This document shows, one piece after another, positions 39,937 through 53,702 of a stretch of DNA of 64,000 nucleotides; positions within the stretch are counted from its first letter, which is position 1; every line of letters begins with the position of its first letter. A program made the position numbers and the translations under genes. The notes under the pieces are model-generated. The model was not told where the DNA came from, did not search any database, and saw nothing but the letters and a program-made list of their open reading frames with translations. The stretch is from Novakomyces olei (lineage: Eukaryota): assembly GCA_016906335.1 (NCBI GenBank), contig JADEYG010000007.1:1550001-1614000 (forward strand). Direction: 5' to 3'.

Positions 39937-42443
39937 ATGAGTTCCAATAGCAAGAACTGCGCCATAGTGGAAATGCCCATCACAAATAGCGAAGGCTCTT
40001 CGTTCAATGGGGCACCCAAAGTGTCAGGTGCGCCACCGATAATTGATCTGCCGCCGCCAGCTCACCGTTCGAATTCAGTGAACTTGGAGAGTTTAGACTT
40101 TTCCAGTATGCATAACCGTGACTATAGGCAGCAAACAGATTTTGCTGCTAGCGAATTAGCAGATGCTCTGTCGGCAGGCCAGTCATCAGTGCCTCCTACA
40201 GCTTCGGTTTCAGCACTTACGTCTACCCAGGTCTCGCGCAGACCAAGTATCTCTGATGAAGAGCAACGACTTTTACGTGAGGGCATGCAAGCTCGTCCTT
40301 CTCAGCTTCGAAATGCCTTGCATGAAGTGCTTTTTGTATTAGTTATGGGATGCTCCCAGCTCGTTTACGTATGCAAAATTGATGGTGAATTATTGAGCTA
40401 ACCAGATGCGTATAGTCCATGATGATGGGTAATGTCACGATGTCGCTCGTGTACATTCAAGATGCGTTTGATGCGCCGGATACCATGCTTCCATGGTTTT
40501 CAGGAGCCTTTTCGTAAGTTGAAATATACCGTTGTTACATCTTTATTTTTACAATTATGGTTAATTTTTGTTTTTCTTTATTTTATTCGTTTATTGTCTT
40601 TGTGAAGTATAAATTTTGCAATTGTGTTTCTTTTTTTTCACACTCGACTTTCTGTTTTTAAAAAATTAAACATCAAATTTTAAGTCTTTATGGACCATTG
40701 TTTTATACCTCTTCTGCTTTACCAGTTGCATTCATCGTCTTAGTTTTATAATCGTGCAATAATACTAATATGTTAGTGTTGCTATGGGCTCGTTTGTTAT
40801 TATATTTGGTAGTTTGGCAGATTTGATTGGACGGCGGCGGGTGTTTATAGGAGGCCTCCTATGGCTCAGCGTATGGTGTCTTGTCGGTGGTTTTGTTAGG
40901 GATATGAATATTTTTTTGCTTGCCCGTGCGTTTCAAGGCCAAGCCTGTAGTGCTCTTCTTCCGTCTGCGATTGGAATCCTGGGATACATTTATTCTCCTG
41001 GCAAACGGAAAAATAGGGGTAAGTTTGGCGATTAATTCTATTTGGAAAATCTAAATTGAAAAATATACAACCACTATTTCAAATACAAGTTGTATTATTT
41101 TTCTATTTATTTGTCTTCTCTTTGTTCTAACCGTAGCTTAGTATTCTCGGCATTCGGTTCGCTTGGTCCTGTCGGATATATTGTGGGTGGACTTCAAGGT
41201 GGTCTTTTCAGCCAGTTTTCGAATTGGCGAGGCATGTTTTGGTTAATGGCCGGCTTGTCTCTAGTCCTCGCACTGGCTTCACACCTAATAATTCCGCCTG
41301 AGAATATCGGGCGATGGTCAAATATTAAATATTTCGATTTTGTCGGCTCTATTCTTGCCATTTGCTCTGTTGTATTTATGGTGTTTGGCTTCACGTAAGC
41401 GATTATCCGTTCAAACTTATGACATGTTTTATCGTTTTATTCGTTTCTCTTCATCTTATCTCATTCCGTCTGCTAATTATCAGTCAAGGACCTACTTCAC
41501 ATTGGGCCCCATACACTTATGCCTTACTCGCAGCCGGCTTTATTATCTTTGTAGGATTTTTGTATTCGCAGCGGCGCGTACATAATCCTATAATGCCACT
41601 CGACGTTTGGTCTACACCATCGTTCAAGCCGCTCATGCTTGCTTTGTTTCTGGGATGGGGAGCTTATTTTGCATGGCAATTTTATTCGTCATTGTTTTAT
41701 ATTAAAATCCAACGCGCCTCCCCTCTCTTGACGACCGCATATTTCTTCCCTAACCTTCCAGTCGGAGTGTTTGCAACTTTTGTCGCTGCCTCCACACTCC
41801 ACCTTTTACCCGGACATTACATTTTTGTTGCGTCATGGTAATGAATTTATTTTGTATTTATTTATATGTCTAATAATTATTCATTATTAAATTATTTATT
41901 ATTCATTGTTCGAATATTGATCACTAGCGTTGCTTTTGGTGTTGGGCCTCTCCTGTTTGCGGTTCAGCCTCACGATGGGCTTTACTGGGCGTATGGGCTT
42001 CCAGCAGTGGCACTATCGACTTTTGGCCCCGATCTGTCTTTTGCTTCCGCCAGTATTTTTGTCACATCTGCCGTTAATCGAAGGCTTCAAGGCACCGCTG
42101 GATCATTGATCAACACGGTTACAAATCTTGGAGGTGCTTTTATCATTGGTCTTGCTGGTGTTGTAGAAGCGCAAACCAATAATAATGGTGCTAATGAACT
42201 TCAGGGCTACCGCCACGCCTGGTAAGTCAACTTGTTTTGCTCATATTATTTGGCTTTTATCCCCTTTTTGTACTTTTGACAAGGCATCAATTTCAATTAG
42301 ATACTTGCTGTACATCCTTATTACTTTATGGCGATTGCTCATATACCAGGTGGTTCGCCTTTGCCCTAGCCATGCTGGCAGCTATTATCGTCATTGGCTT
42401 CGTACGGATATCCAAAACAAAAGAAAAGAACCATCTTGAATAG
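39937..42443 (+). CDS. MFS drug:H+ antiporter (DHA2/Atr1-like), 7 exons
   Basis: GSLADLIGRRR, ARAFQG, WRGMFW, FDFVG and NPIMP; six GT-AG introns join the hydrophobic ORFs. Confidence 0.9.
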
Positions 42444-42564
42444 TACAGAGATCTTTAATAATGTTGGCCAAACAGAATCGAGCAATCAAATATAATAGCC
42501 TTTGAGAAGTATGTCCGTCTTAGAATCAAACGGCCATAATCAGTGGTCCGTAGGAGTAGCTGTA

Positions 42565-42927
42565 TCACTCGCTAAAATACATGTTGTAATGCAATTTGCA
42601 CCCAGGGTTAAAGCGACTGTGGCAGAAAGGACATTTCAGTTCTTCCGAAGAGCCTTCACGGTACTGATCAAAGGTCATTGTTGATTTGCAAGAGCCGCAC
42701 AAGATTGTATGGCTCGTCTTGTCGGCATTTAAACTGTAACGCACTACATTATGATCTGCAAGCTCATTGTGGCACGAATAACATGCATAGTACTGCTCAC
42801 AGCACTTGAATTTGATTGCAATTATATCGAGATCCGAGTTCCAGTGAACGCAGCGAGTCTCGTCATCCACCAGCCTGCCTCTTGCAATAATCGCCATATA
42901 AATCTGGCTCATCTGTACGAAATTCAT
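42565..42927 (-). CDS. HOT13: CHY zinc-finger protein Hot13 (start may be 42897)
   Basis: VDDETRCVHW..DIIAIKFKCCEQYYACYSCH..CPFCHSRFNPGCKLH. Confidence 0.9.
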   Translation of the reverse strand: MNFVQMSQIYMAIIARGRLVDDETRCVHWNSDLDIIAIKFKCCEQYYACYSCHNELADHNVVRYSLNADKTSHTILCGSCKSTMTFDQYREGSSEELKCPFCHSRFNPGCKLHYNMYFSE

Positions 42928-42937
42928 TTATATTTAT

Positions 42938-42956
42938 TTAGGGTTTGTTAGGGTTA
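42938..42956. promoter_or_regulatory. Paired teloboxes TTAGGG..TTAGGGTTA
   Basis: Immediately upstream of HOT13. Confidence 0.55.
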
Positions 42957-43256
42957 TGTGGACTGTTTTCTTGTTCATATGTTGCACGTGTCTAATACTA
43001 CACAATTACAGAAAAATATGGAAAATGAATTAGTATTATGGGGGAAATCTAATTCTACATTGATGTGAGCATTCTGTCGCTCTGCCTTTTTTTAATATCC
43101 CTCAAAAAGAAAAAGGCTACAGCGCTCCTGGCGCAAAAAGCACTGTGTTTTGACTCCCTTTCGCAAATCGAGTATAATCGATAAACGCAAGTACCGGTCT
43201 TCTATTTCAAACAATCTGTATATGATGATAAAAATAAAGCATTGGAAAATAAGGTC

Positions 43257-44673
43257 TTAGCCGCTCTTGAAATAGCCATCGTCCAAAGACTGCAAATTAT
43301 CGTCCTTTGACAACAAATTTTCGGTAGAGCCAGATAAAAGAGCAGGTTCGCGTTTTACGCGGCACCACATGCCAACATTTGGATCGGTAATAAATTGCCA
43401 GATGCAAAATACCCATGAGCGGTGAGCGGGCAGACTGTTATAGAATTCGGGAGCAATACTGTGCAGCTTTGGCAATTTTGTCCATGCAATAAAGGGGCTA
43501 AAATGGTTAGTGGTAAGATTTAAAAGATAGGTTAAATTTATAATATCAAATAATTTATTGTAACAATAAATATATTAAAGCAAAAGTAAGATTGTTCAGG
43601 TAAAAATAGTAGGACAGAAACAAGCAACATGAGATCAGGTCAAATTTGTTTCAAACTCGATAAAGGAAACCCGAACAAGAAAATAGAAATATATTGAAAA
43701 AGAAGTTGATTAAATACTAACAAAAAAAAGAAACAATAAGTCAAGTATTCGTAAATACAACTTACAAATCATGGTGTTCATTGTGATAGCCCACGTTATA
43801 CGTAAAAAAATTCAGAATTCCATAATATGAAAACGTCTCGTCCGCAGTCCGAGAGCCGTCTGGACGAATAGCCACAAGGTTGTAATGTTCACTCAAAAAG
43901 TGTCCAGCGCAAGGGTGCAAACTACCGGCAGTAAAAGAGCTCAACAGCAGATAAATAAGAGAATTCCACCCCCAATATTTGACAATCAAAACATCAATAA
44001 CACCAATGTTCCATATCAAATTTGTCAGGTGAAGAGCTGTCAGTTTCTGTGCGCGGACTATAGTCGGGCGGAGGGCATAAAAAAATATCTGAAAAGTGCA
44101 AAAGAAAGCTTTGCCCAAAACGTTTTGTAGTACAATCATCTCTGCCTTGGTGGGAAGATCTGTATCGGTTCCATCGACGCCGAGAAACTTGTGATGCTCT
44201 AGATGGTAAGGGCGAAAGGCTGCAGAGAAAGGCAGGCCAATTGGAGTATTAGCGAATACAGCAAACCACCTGTTCATTTGTGCACTTTTAAAAGCCAAAT
44301 TGTGACTAATTTCATGAACGGCCAGAAAAATGTTTTGGTTGCAAGTGGCTCCAATAACGTAGACGGTTAAAAGATATGCCCATGAAAATACGGGGGTGTT
44401 TCGCAGCAAATAGGCTACGAGCAATTGCAATGCCACTACTGCGGTCACCACGTATTTTGTGACAGGGTCATGACCGCAAAGTTTTGTCACTTCGGGGTGA
44501 GCTTTAATAATCTCCATGCGACGTGTCCGATGAGGTTCTTCATGATAAACCCAGAGAAAAGAAGGATCTGATGACTGAGAGCTTGTAATCTTAGGGGTTT
44601 GTTCGTTTTGGATTTTATTGGGTTTTGTCCGGCGCACGGAGCTAGTCGCCACTGTTGCTGCTTCCGTCGCCAT
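43257..44673 (-). CDS. DES1: Sphingolipid delta-4 (dihydroceramide) desaturase, intron 43498-43765
   Basis: EPHRTRR and His boxes HEISH, HLEHH, HNEHHDF|P. Confidence 0.96.
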
Positions 44674-45588
44674 GGCTTATGAGGAGGCAAGCGACGCTTG
44701 AGAAAGAAAGACGATTTTGAAAAATAGAATTAAAAAGCACAAGATTTTCTGGAATCGGTACTGGCCAAGTGCGAAAGAATAAGCGACAGAAAAGAAACGG
44801 CAATTCCACCCGCCTTCAACAGATTCGGAAAATTAGCTGAAAATGAGGTTGACAAACGTAAAAAAAAGTAAACAGACTGCCAAATGAATGGAATTAAAGC
44901 ACGAAATAACGCCAATGCAGACTGAGCTCAAGCCTTTGAAAAAGTAGTTGATCGCAGACTACTTTGCACAGATAGTCAGGAGAGTCGAAGAGTCCACTTT
45001 GAACGATTGTAACGTGTACGAGCGATAATAATGTGTCAGCAGCGCCAATTAAGCGCTGTATACACCTTTACCTTTTCGAAATGACCACGAACGAGGGCGG
45101 TGAGAAAATAGATCCGTCAGAACTATCCAGGAAGAGGAGCCCCAGAACAAAATTCCACCCTCCGCAGAGATCACGATAATCCAGCAACGGTAGTACAATC
45201 GCCACTGATGGCTGATCTGCCAAAAAGCACCAGTACAATAAAAAGAACGAAAGCTTCTCAACCGTAGAAGCAATTGCTGTCCTACCACTCAGGCCCCCCT
45301 TCTTGGGAACGTCTCGTATTAAAATTGTTATGGTACATATACTTGTGTGCTACGACAATTACGCGCCACACTCAGCTGATATTCGAGAATATGTATATTA
45401 TCATGCACAAGTCGTACACTATATTCTCACTGTTATAATTGCGGATCTCGAATTTATCTATTATTCTTTTTACACTGCGCGAAAATTATGTAACTAAACG
45501 TCGACACTAACAACGGGTGTCGATACGCGCTATATACATCCTTTATACAAGCAATAATATCGCATTCATAATATCTGTTGGCGGCCAA

Positions 45589-45590
45589 TG

Positions 45591-45657
<67 letters not shown>

Positions 45658-45830
45658 CTCTCTTTACATTCTTAAACGTTTCTATATTTCATTATATTCA
45701 TATATTATATTCATATATTATATTCATATATCATATTCATATATCATATATCATATATCATATATCATATATCATATATCATATATATCATATATCATAT
45801 ATCATATATATCATTATATTATAATAATAA
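45589..45830. repeat. Compound microsatellite (TA)n, (CT)n, (ATATC)n
   Basis: Read directly. Confidence 0.95.
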
Positions 45831-45914
45831 TCATGCAACAATAGTCATACAGCAATAATCATCCATGTTCGTAAATCACAACGTAGAAATCACGAGTCCG
45901 AGGAAGCACTTGTC

Positions 45915-47666
45915 TCAAGCACTTGCACTGGGCGACGGGTATACTGAGCTTTGCTCAGTGCGTGAAGCTTCTACGTCGATACTCAAATTTTTAATTGACC
46001 GGGCGGAAGATGGCCGCTCGCCGTCCTTTACCAAACTTGCCTCCTCTCCTTCATCGACCACGTATCCCAACGTATACTCTTGCCTATCGCCCACAATCAA
46101 GGCACTACGGCCGCCCACCGGCTCGGAACACCATCTAAAATAGCGTAATTCAAAATCCGGTCGGGGAATGTGTATTATACGAGGCTCCGCCCATCGAAAA
46201 CTCCAAAAATAAAGGCGCGCGAGCGACGATGTTTTGATCGATGACAGTTTTCTATCAATACTGGCTCGATGACAATGTAGTACTAGCGTTTGCCTGTCGT
46301 GTGGACACCAGCGAACTGCCTTGATTGGTTCATTATGGATCAGTACAGCTACGGGCGCCAGCATTTGCAGAGACCAGACCCACAGAGTCGTGGGCATTCG
46401 CTCGCTAATAGTTGCTAGCAACGATCCATCACTATTAAAGCTCACAACAGAGACACCGTCTGCCCGCTCATTGCGTGGGATAGCACAAGGTTGACTGGAC
46501 GGGGTATACTGCGTCGCCTCATCGGAGCAAGCTGTTTCCCGCCAAGCGCTTCCATCGAAATCAACGGTGGCTGAATGCCACAGAGAAATGACGGGAGAGA
46601 ATGTCATTGACTCTAGTAGTCGCACTTTATTATCAAAGGAACCGAGAGCCAGTAACGGCCTTAGAGGCCTTGGCATCCACTGCAGACACTTTATACCGGC
46701 CCCGTGTTCGTAAGCCGTGAACGTTCTCACATGGTGTCCACTTATTGTATAAGCATGAAGAGCATAAGTGATTGGTGATTCTGCTACTACAATCCAGCGC
46801 CCATCACTCGACCAGGCCAGGCTTTGAGCATCAACGGTGGGCAGCTGCCACTGTGTCGCCTGCCGCCATACACAGTTTTGGTACTTGTAAATGGCACAGA
46901 AATCATGGCCGCCTCTGCGACAAAGGAGAGCGAAATAATTGTGATTAGGATGGAAGGCCAGGCCATTGCTTGTATGGCTCCCCCGGTGTTCGGTGTCGGG
47001 ATATTTCGGGTCCCGGATCACGTCGCCCCGGGTTTGCGCGAGTGACCACAGGGTTACGCAGAGTTGGACGTCTGACCAGACAAAGATGTTGCGGCCCAGT
47101 GGATCAAATTCAGCTGCACTTACTCCATCATCTGCCTCAATCAAGACTTGCAAGCCTTCGTCAAGCAGAGAGTAAACGGCCACAGCTATATCGGAACTTG
47201 CCATTACCAGATTTTGGCCGTGAGCGTCTGCGGAGGCAGAGGACCATCGAATCTGCTGAGCTCCTTTCAAAGCTGCAGGCAGATCGATAATCCGTTTAAT
47301 AGAAAGCGATTCCGTCGCCCGGATTATCAGCTTGTTTCCTGGCGCAATCGAGGCCAGCCATTCGCCAGTGCTGGATGGCTGAGTCACCGATAGCGAGGGG
47401 AAAAGGGGTCTAAAAGTTAGAACAAATAACGGGCATAGCTTTTGGTAATTGTAGTCTATCAGTTTGAATAGAATGGCAGTAAGGGATAAACAGCGCTTTC
47501 TGTACGGGCGCATGCTGTAATTGAAGAGAACATAAATGCTTAAAGAGAATATAAATGTTTAAAAAGAACATAAATATATAAATGTTTGACACCAGTTCTG
47601 TTTAATTAGGCGTCCTTAAAGAGCCAATGCTCTACCTCAAACAAAGTATACTTACGTGAAATCCAT
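45915..47666 (-). CDS. wdr8: WD40 protein WRAP73/Wdr8, intron 47410-47655
   Basis: Spliced N-terminus MDFT|PLFPS, then GIKCLQW, LALGSFDNKVRLL and MPTTLWVW. Confidence 0.85.
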
Positions 47667-48890
47667 TAGTTAAAGCATCTGAATAAGAGACGAGCTGTGT
47701 CAACTGGCGACGCGCTTTGGGACTCCAAAGCGCGCAAGAACAGACAAATCGGAATCGTGTTGCAGCGGTTAAGTCAGCACCGAATTGACGCTGTTCTCCC
47801 GTGGAAAATCGCTGAATCAAGATCGAGCTTCGGTTTTTCAGTGTAAGAAATACTACGGAAAGAATAGAGCGTGATAGAGCTTAGATCTAATGCTCAGTCG
47901 CGTGTACGTACGCACTTTGGCGCGAGCAAACGCGAAGTGGCAGAAAGGAGCACAGCTAGGGGAAGGCTTTGTTTATTTTTGTAGCATGGCATATTACATA
48001 ATATTTGCCGAGCGCTTTATGTAATCAGAGGCAAGCAAGTATTAATTTGCGGTAGCGAAAATGACGGAACATTACTGAGAATGATAAGTAACTGGCAATA
48101 ATTTATTCCATACTAGCCTAATTTTGCACCCTTTTTTAGCACCTTGTTAAAGCCAGTTCCGAGTGCTGCAAAGGCAAAGGTGTATTTCTCCGTCAGCAGA
48201 CTCACCGATTCCCATATTGCATCGGTGGTAGATGCAAGATCTCACAGGATTACAAGTAATATGTATATATATATGTGCTCTCCCCGCCAACCTTAACTCT
48301 GGAAAGTTTAGTGTGACAATGCGTTAGCGTTATAGCACTACCAATAGCATTGTAATGAGTCCGCAATAGCCACAACCAAGGTATCATATATTGAGTATTC
48401 AATAATGTTAGGACCCAAAACAATATTTGATTTTAAGTAACCTAACTTGTCGAAATGAAACAAGGTAGCGGCGCGCTATTGCAATATATGCGAAACTATA
48501 GGATAACGGCGTCTTGAAGCAGTGATGGTATCAAAGCACTAAGATAATATTAAAATTTATAGAACTATGGGCGAATGAGTCCGTATTTAAGCGCCACGGG
48601 CGGTCGAGCAAATGCATCTTTCGTTCCCTTTGAATGGCATTTTCAACAATTATCCCTCAAAAGTTAGTGGTTTAGGTGGCTACAAGGAGATAAACTGGGG
48701 GTAACCCAATGTTAGATTATCATAACACGATGATGAGCTTAAGCCCTTTCATATAATATATCGAGTATTCAATAAAATATCGAGTGTTCATTGTATAGGG
48801 ATATTGTATAGAGGAAATTGGTGATCTATACGCAATAAATAGGCATGGAATAAAGAACGAAACCAATGTCCTAGGAGCATATTAATCCAA

Positions 48891-49445
48891 ATGGTAAGTC
48901 TCTCGTGATCTGACGGGCCTCATTCTCACATCGTTCAATAGGGCAAACGCAAGGCAAAAAAAGCTGCCCCCAAAAAACGCAGGACGGCGCCGCTTGATAC
49001 TACAGTAAGTCCGACAGAATAATTTGAACTATTCGCTAATGTGTAAAGTTTACTTGCCTTTTCTGTAATCATGAGAAGAGTGTTCAGTGTCATATGTATC
49101 GCAAACTCATTTTATAAAGCTCGACTAATTTTGGCAGAGATAAGGGCGCGATGATTGCTACATTGCGGTGTAAAGTTTGTGGGCAAGGTCATCAGTGTGT
49201 TGCAAATTGTATGACTGAATCCTGATTTTTTCGTTTTTTTTAATTATTAATTTTTCTGTCTTTTTGTTTGTGATCTTCAGCTTATACTAACCGAATAATC
49301 AGCATTAACGGCACCGATCGATGTGTATAGCGATTGGATTGATGCGTGTGATGCTGTGGCGCGCCAAGCTGCTACGGAAGAACTTGATTTGTCACAAGGA
49401 GACTCTTACGCTCGTCAACCAAACGATTTTGATGATTTCAATTAA
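48891..49445 (+). CDS. ELF1: Transcription elongation factor Elf1/ELOF1, 5 exons (48891-93, 48942-49004, 49049-95, 49138-208, 49303-445)
   Basis: Spliced [45 protein letters not shown]; absent from the ORF track. Confidence 0.95.
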
Positions 49446-49559
49446 AAATTTAATTAATGTTAATTGTAATATGCCTAATATACATGAGCGCAGTCTTACT
49501 TTACAATGGTTTTTATTTATTTTATTATAGTACAAAATGTAGAACGGCTGCGTTCTCCG

Positions 49560-50747
<1,188 letters not shown>

Positions 50748-51315
50748 GTTTGCCTATCGTTCGGTATTTGTATGACGCTGATTCTGTAGAATTTTTGAAT
50801 GTAAAACTTACGCACAGATAAGAGAGCGGAAAGTAAGAGCGAGTCCAAATATGGGATGGAAGGAATTGATAAAGTATAGCGGTAGAATAGACATTAACAA
50901 AATAACAAGGTAAAATAAAATAAAGTAAAATAAAATAAAATAAAAAAGAATAATTCAGCTCGACTATGTTTAGTACAGTAGTTTGATTTAATTAATAGAT
51001 TGACATTTTGGCGTGTGACAAGGACTCTCCAACAAACGCAAAGTCGTCTAGACGCATCCTGATAAGGCAACAAGATCAGCGTACACTTGACGCGTAAATC
51101 GTTATCTTGTAGTCTTGTGAAATATTGGCTAATGCTTTCGATCCGTCTAATTACGACACGTATATTGCGGGACAACGTATAACGCGACTTGTTTTTGGTT
51201 ATAATTCGTGTCTGAGCTCGAGCCTGACCGCCATTGCCAATCGACCAATTCAGGTCCACTACTCACATGTATTTTTGGTCTTTCAAATAACCTTTTTGTC
51301 CTTGTTTTCTACCCC

Positions 51316-53340
51316 ATGTCTATATTCGATTTCGAGGAAGGTCCAGTTCCGCGTGTGCGTGAGCCTTTGGCCAATTCACCTGCTGATGCGCATAAAAAAT
51401 CAGCCAAGGTAAACGCTGATGTGCACTCTCCGCCACGGAAAAAGATACGGACGGACGGCAATGAGTCTGGCAGAGCACATACTAGGACTGCCTCTAATCA
51501 GAGCAGTGAATCAGTCGCATCTTCACCACAATTGACGCCAAAGCAATCGTGCGCGTTCAATGAAGTCTTACAGTCTCCTCACTCAAGTTCGCGAAAGCGG
51601 ACTCCTTCGCAACTCTACAATTTGCATTCCAAACCGAGCCTTAGTTTTAGCGAATTTTCGCGTAATCTGCAGGCCGCTGGAAATAGCAGTGGGGGGCACA
51701 GTGGGGATAGTGGGGGCAATAGTGGGGGCAATAGTGGGGGCCATAGCCGGTCAAAGTTGGAAGGTAGCAAGTCAAATTTCCGTGCATTGAAAGGCACCCT
51801 GGTTTCTGGGCGCGGCCCTCGAACTTATGGTGCCCGTCGCTCCTATCTGGCTTTCCCAAACACTTTTACTGATGCACTAGATACAGGTTTAGAATGTGAC
51901 GGTGGGCATTGCAAATCCGGTTTTGAGACTAGCATTCTAAGCGACGATTCTCTATCTTTTGACGCAGTTGCAACGATGGAAAAAGGCTTCAAAACAAGTC
52001 GTGACTTGAAACTGTCTGGCGGAAACCGTCGGTTTGTGCAGGACGTTGAGTTCATATTGGAGTCATTCTTGGATCAAAAGAGTAGCAACAGCAGGGAACG
52101 CATAAACAGTCTAGCTACAATTCTCGAGAGGCTACAAGATCCCCGTTTTGCATTATCATTTAGGGCCAACGGCTTTGCTGATCAAGTTTTTGCTGAAGCG
52201 CACAACGAAACGGACCAGACAGTTCAGTGTTTACTGCTGACAATGTACAATACAATCTTTGGAAACGTTCAATTTGGGTGCGAACAAGATTCTGCCATTG
52301 TTCAGCTCTGCATAGCTGCGCTTGCTTGTCCCCAACAAAAGCCCCTGCAAAGCCAAATTGGCGCCAGTGCCAAGTCTACTATGGACCAGATGGTCGACAA
52401 AGCCCTGAATCGTTTAGAGTCTGCTCGAGTCTCGCATTCTCTCATTGAAATCACCGACATGGCTCTACTTTCCTTACAGCTCTGTCTCGAGACAAGACGC
52501 TCAGAACACAGCACAATTTCAGAAAGTCAATTGCAAGAAGCTTGTGCTCAAATTAACAGGGAAATCACGAAAAATCTTAAAGCAGGTCGGCCATTGAATG
52601 ATTCCAGAATTTTGCTCTGCCTCTCAGTTTTGCTGCAAATAGCCGACTGTCTATATGAAGAGGCCAGTGCAGAGAAAATCCTTCGTGATTTAAGCACAAT
52701 TTATGGTGAAATTCTCTGTGTGCTTCATGCATCAGGTCATAGTCAGGCGTATCATACAATATGCACTCGCATACTCAAGTTTATGGTTGACACGACCAAC
52801 GATTGCTCGAAGCTTTGCCCACGACTTTGCCCTTGCTTCCCTTTTGAGAGAGCAATGAGCCTTCTAGGCCGGTTACCAGATTTTCTGCAGAGCAATTGCT
52901 CAGACTCTTGGATTTTTGAGCATATCTTAATGCTACAGGGGCTCCTGATTAATCTCAGTACAGACTCGGAAGCCTGTCGCAAACAAATTTATGCCTCCCG
53001 TCCGACTATCGATAAACTGGCGAGCATTTTTGCCAGAATGCAAGACAAAATATCACTCGGAAAAAGTGACAATTTTATCGTTGCTCATTTTTATATATCA
53101 ATATTGCTGGCAAACTTGGCGCGGTACAATTGCGAGCCAGAGCAACAAGAGCGTCGTGAATATATTGCCATTATTACAGGTAAGGGATCGCTGCATAAAC
53201 TAGCTGAAAACGTCTCGCGCATTGCCGAGCACCACCTTGAAATTTCAAAAGTGCGATCGGAGGATAAGGCTGCGTTTAGTATGAGAATCGATGTTGCTCA
53301 AGATATTAATATATTAGCAGCAGCTCTCATTGGAGAATGA
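51316..53340 (+). CDS. wpl1: Cohesin release factor WAPL/Wpl1
   Basis: Disordered N-terminus with RTYGARRSYL, then KTSRDLKLSGGNRRFVQDVEFILE and a helical domain with GLLINL. Confidence 0.8.
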   Translation: MSIFDFEEGPVPRVREPLANSPADAHKKSAKVNADVHSPPRKKIRTDGNESGRAHTRTASNQSSESVASSPQLTPKQSCAFNEVLQSPHSSSRKRTPSQLYNLHSKPSLSFSEFSRNLQAAGNSSGGHSGDSGGNSGGNSGGHSRSKLEGSKSNFRALKGTLVSGRGPRTYGARRSYLAFPNTFTDALDTGLECDGGHCKSGFETSILSDDSLSFDAVATMEKGFKTSRDLKLSGGNRRFVQDVEFILESFLDQKSSNSRERINSLATILERLQDPRFALSFRANGFADQVFAEAHNETDQTVQCLLLTMYNTIFGNVQFGCEQDSAIVQLCIAALACPQQKPLQSQIGASAKSTMDQMVDKALNRLESARVSHSLIEITDMALLSLQLCLETRRSEHSTISESQLQEACAQINREITKNLKAGRPLNDSRILLCLSVLLQIADCLYEEASAEKILRDLSTIYGEILCVLHASGHSQAYHTICTRILKFMVDTTNDCSKLCPRLCPCFPFERAMSLLGRLPDFLQSNCSDSWIFEHILMLQGLLINLSTDSEACRKQIYASRPTIDKLASIFARMQDKISLGKSDNFIVAHFYISILLANLARYNCEPEQQERREYIAIITGKGSLHKLAENVSRIAEHHLEISKVRSEDKAAFSMRIDVAQDINILAAALIGE

Positions 53341-53702
53341 TAAATAATAGTACAAAACTTATGAGGAAGCACAAAGCATCAGAGTAATACCCGGAGTCAT
53401 GTACAATACAAAACGGGAAAATAAATGACTAGATGAATAAGATAGGAACAAACAGCACACATTATAAAATCAAATAGACCTAGTAAACTAAAGTTAAATC
53501 AAATAAAAGTGCAATGGAATGGAATGAGCGGTTTTTATTTAATCCAAGAAACATTTTATGTCTCTTCGTTCCCGTCCCTTGTGTCTTGCAAATAGGCAAA
53601 GCTCCGCAACCTTGACCATAACAGAAAAATCTAAACGCAGAAAGATCATTGAAATGAGCCCATTACTGAAATAGATTCGTCAAATTTACTTTTATATTAC
53701 CG

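Noticed and set aside
45120-45160. Sm-like AATTTTG followed by a hairpin (snRNA?)
   Set aside because: No U1/U2/U4/U5/U11/U12 signature sequence; better explained as part of the DES1 leader.
48165-48206. Minus-strand GTGAGT..GCAG possible intron of a tiny ORF
   Set aside because: The branch-like CTGAC is too near the donor, and the products are unrecognisable peptides of 20 aa or fewer.
51688-51745. 12-bp x4 repeat in WPL1 (and a similar one in PUS7 at ~13963-14001)
   Set aside because: Ordinary in-frame slippage in disordered regions; not CRISPR or mobile DNA.
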